A stretch of 64,000 nt of DNA from Antedon mediterranea (taxonomy: Eukaryota; Animalia; Echinodermata): positions 3,782,001 through 3,846,000 of the forward strand of contig NC_092672.1 of assembly GCF_964355755.1 (NCBI RefSeq), given 5' to 3'. Every line of letters begins with the position of its first letter. Within the stretch, counting starts at the first letter, position 1. Below the pieces are notes generated by a model, which ran no database searches, had not been told where the DNA came from, and was given only the letters and a program-made list of their open reading frames with translations. The position numbers and the translations under genes were made by a program. Positions 63,156 through 64,000 of this stretch are shown here, piece by piece.

Positions 63156-63354
63156 TTTACCTTTTGTTTAATATAGATATAAATATATTATATTTTATGT
63201 ATTGAGTACAAAATTTATTTTTTAATGAATAAAAATTATGACAAAAGTAATCATAGTGTAAAAGATTATATACTGTAGTGTAAAAAATAATAGTAAATCA
63301 TAAGTCTGAAATTTCACATGAACATGTAGTGCAATACTTTGTACACTATCGTGA

Positions 63355-63440
63355 AGCTCTGTCTACACAAAAAAATGTGATGTGCCCATATATGGACATG
63401 ATGGACTGTTTTTGTCAAACTAGATAGTGTAGACAGAGCT
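63355..63440. mobile_element. MITE family A, internally deleted
   Basis: agctctgtctacac ... gtgtagacagagct. Confidence 0.75.
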
Positions 63441-64000
63441 TTACAATACATATTGTTTGAAGAATAAAAGTGGGAAAAACCCATAAAAGACAAAAACAAA
63501 ATATTGTAGGAACAAATACAAGGTTGGAATTAGAGGATACTTTATAACTTGTTATCATATTTTTCTCTCCTTGTTGATTGATTAATATATAATTTACAAA
63601 GTGTGATTAGATTGATTTACAAAAAACATTATATGAAAGTAAAGGAGTGGATTATTAATTATATACAATATATTTAGTAGACTCAGACTGTAAAGTCTAT
63701 ACTTTAATTCTTCAGTTGACTATTAAGACTTTACAGTGACATCAGCCATATAGGATATGTTTGGGAGTTACAACATACATGATAATGTCACAAGATAGAT
63801 GTACAGAACCACCATCCATCTAAAGGCCAGTTTACGCAGACAAACGGTATATGGGAAATCTATATACATAGAAGCTGTAACTATCCTGAACAGAGACCGC
63901 ACGTCCACTCCGCGTTGTGTGTAAATGGTCATCGTGGAAAAGTACTATATAAGCAATTATGTCATAAGAAATAACATGGATTCTATATTTGTATTACCGT

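Overview
AT-rich eukaryotic (invertebrate animal, echinoderm-like by impression only) genomic DNA that is mostly non-coding and repeat-rich. Two spliced + strand genes can be rebuilt by hand with phase-consistent GT-AG introns. One is a 372-aa rhodopsin-class GPCR (54984-55231 + 57378-58248) whose D2.50, DRY and NPxxY motifs are altered. The other is a 181-aa protein with an N-terminal membrane anchor and a probable SRPBCC/START-like domain (61857-62029, 62144-62275, 62915-63155), which the ORF track mostly misses. A large intact terminal exon (36042-36697) follows decayed exons. The rest comprises a 7-kb array of 105-bp satellite with higher-order structure, several minisatellites, a Helentron/DINE-like element present as a monomer and as a copy with an amplified 198-bp core, many MITEs (PIF/Harbinger-like, Tc1/mariner-pogo-like, TTAA-target), tRNA-derived SINEs, LINE 3' fragments and one fully folding tRNA-like gene with anticodon ATC. 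Almost all short ORFs in the track are spurious. All calls come from reading the sequence by eye; no searches were run.
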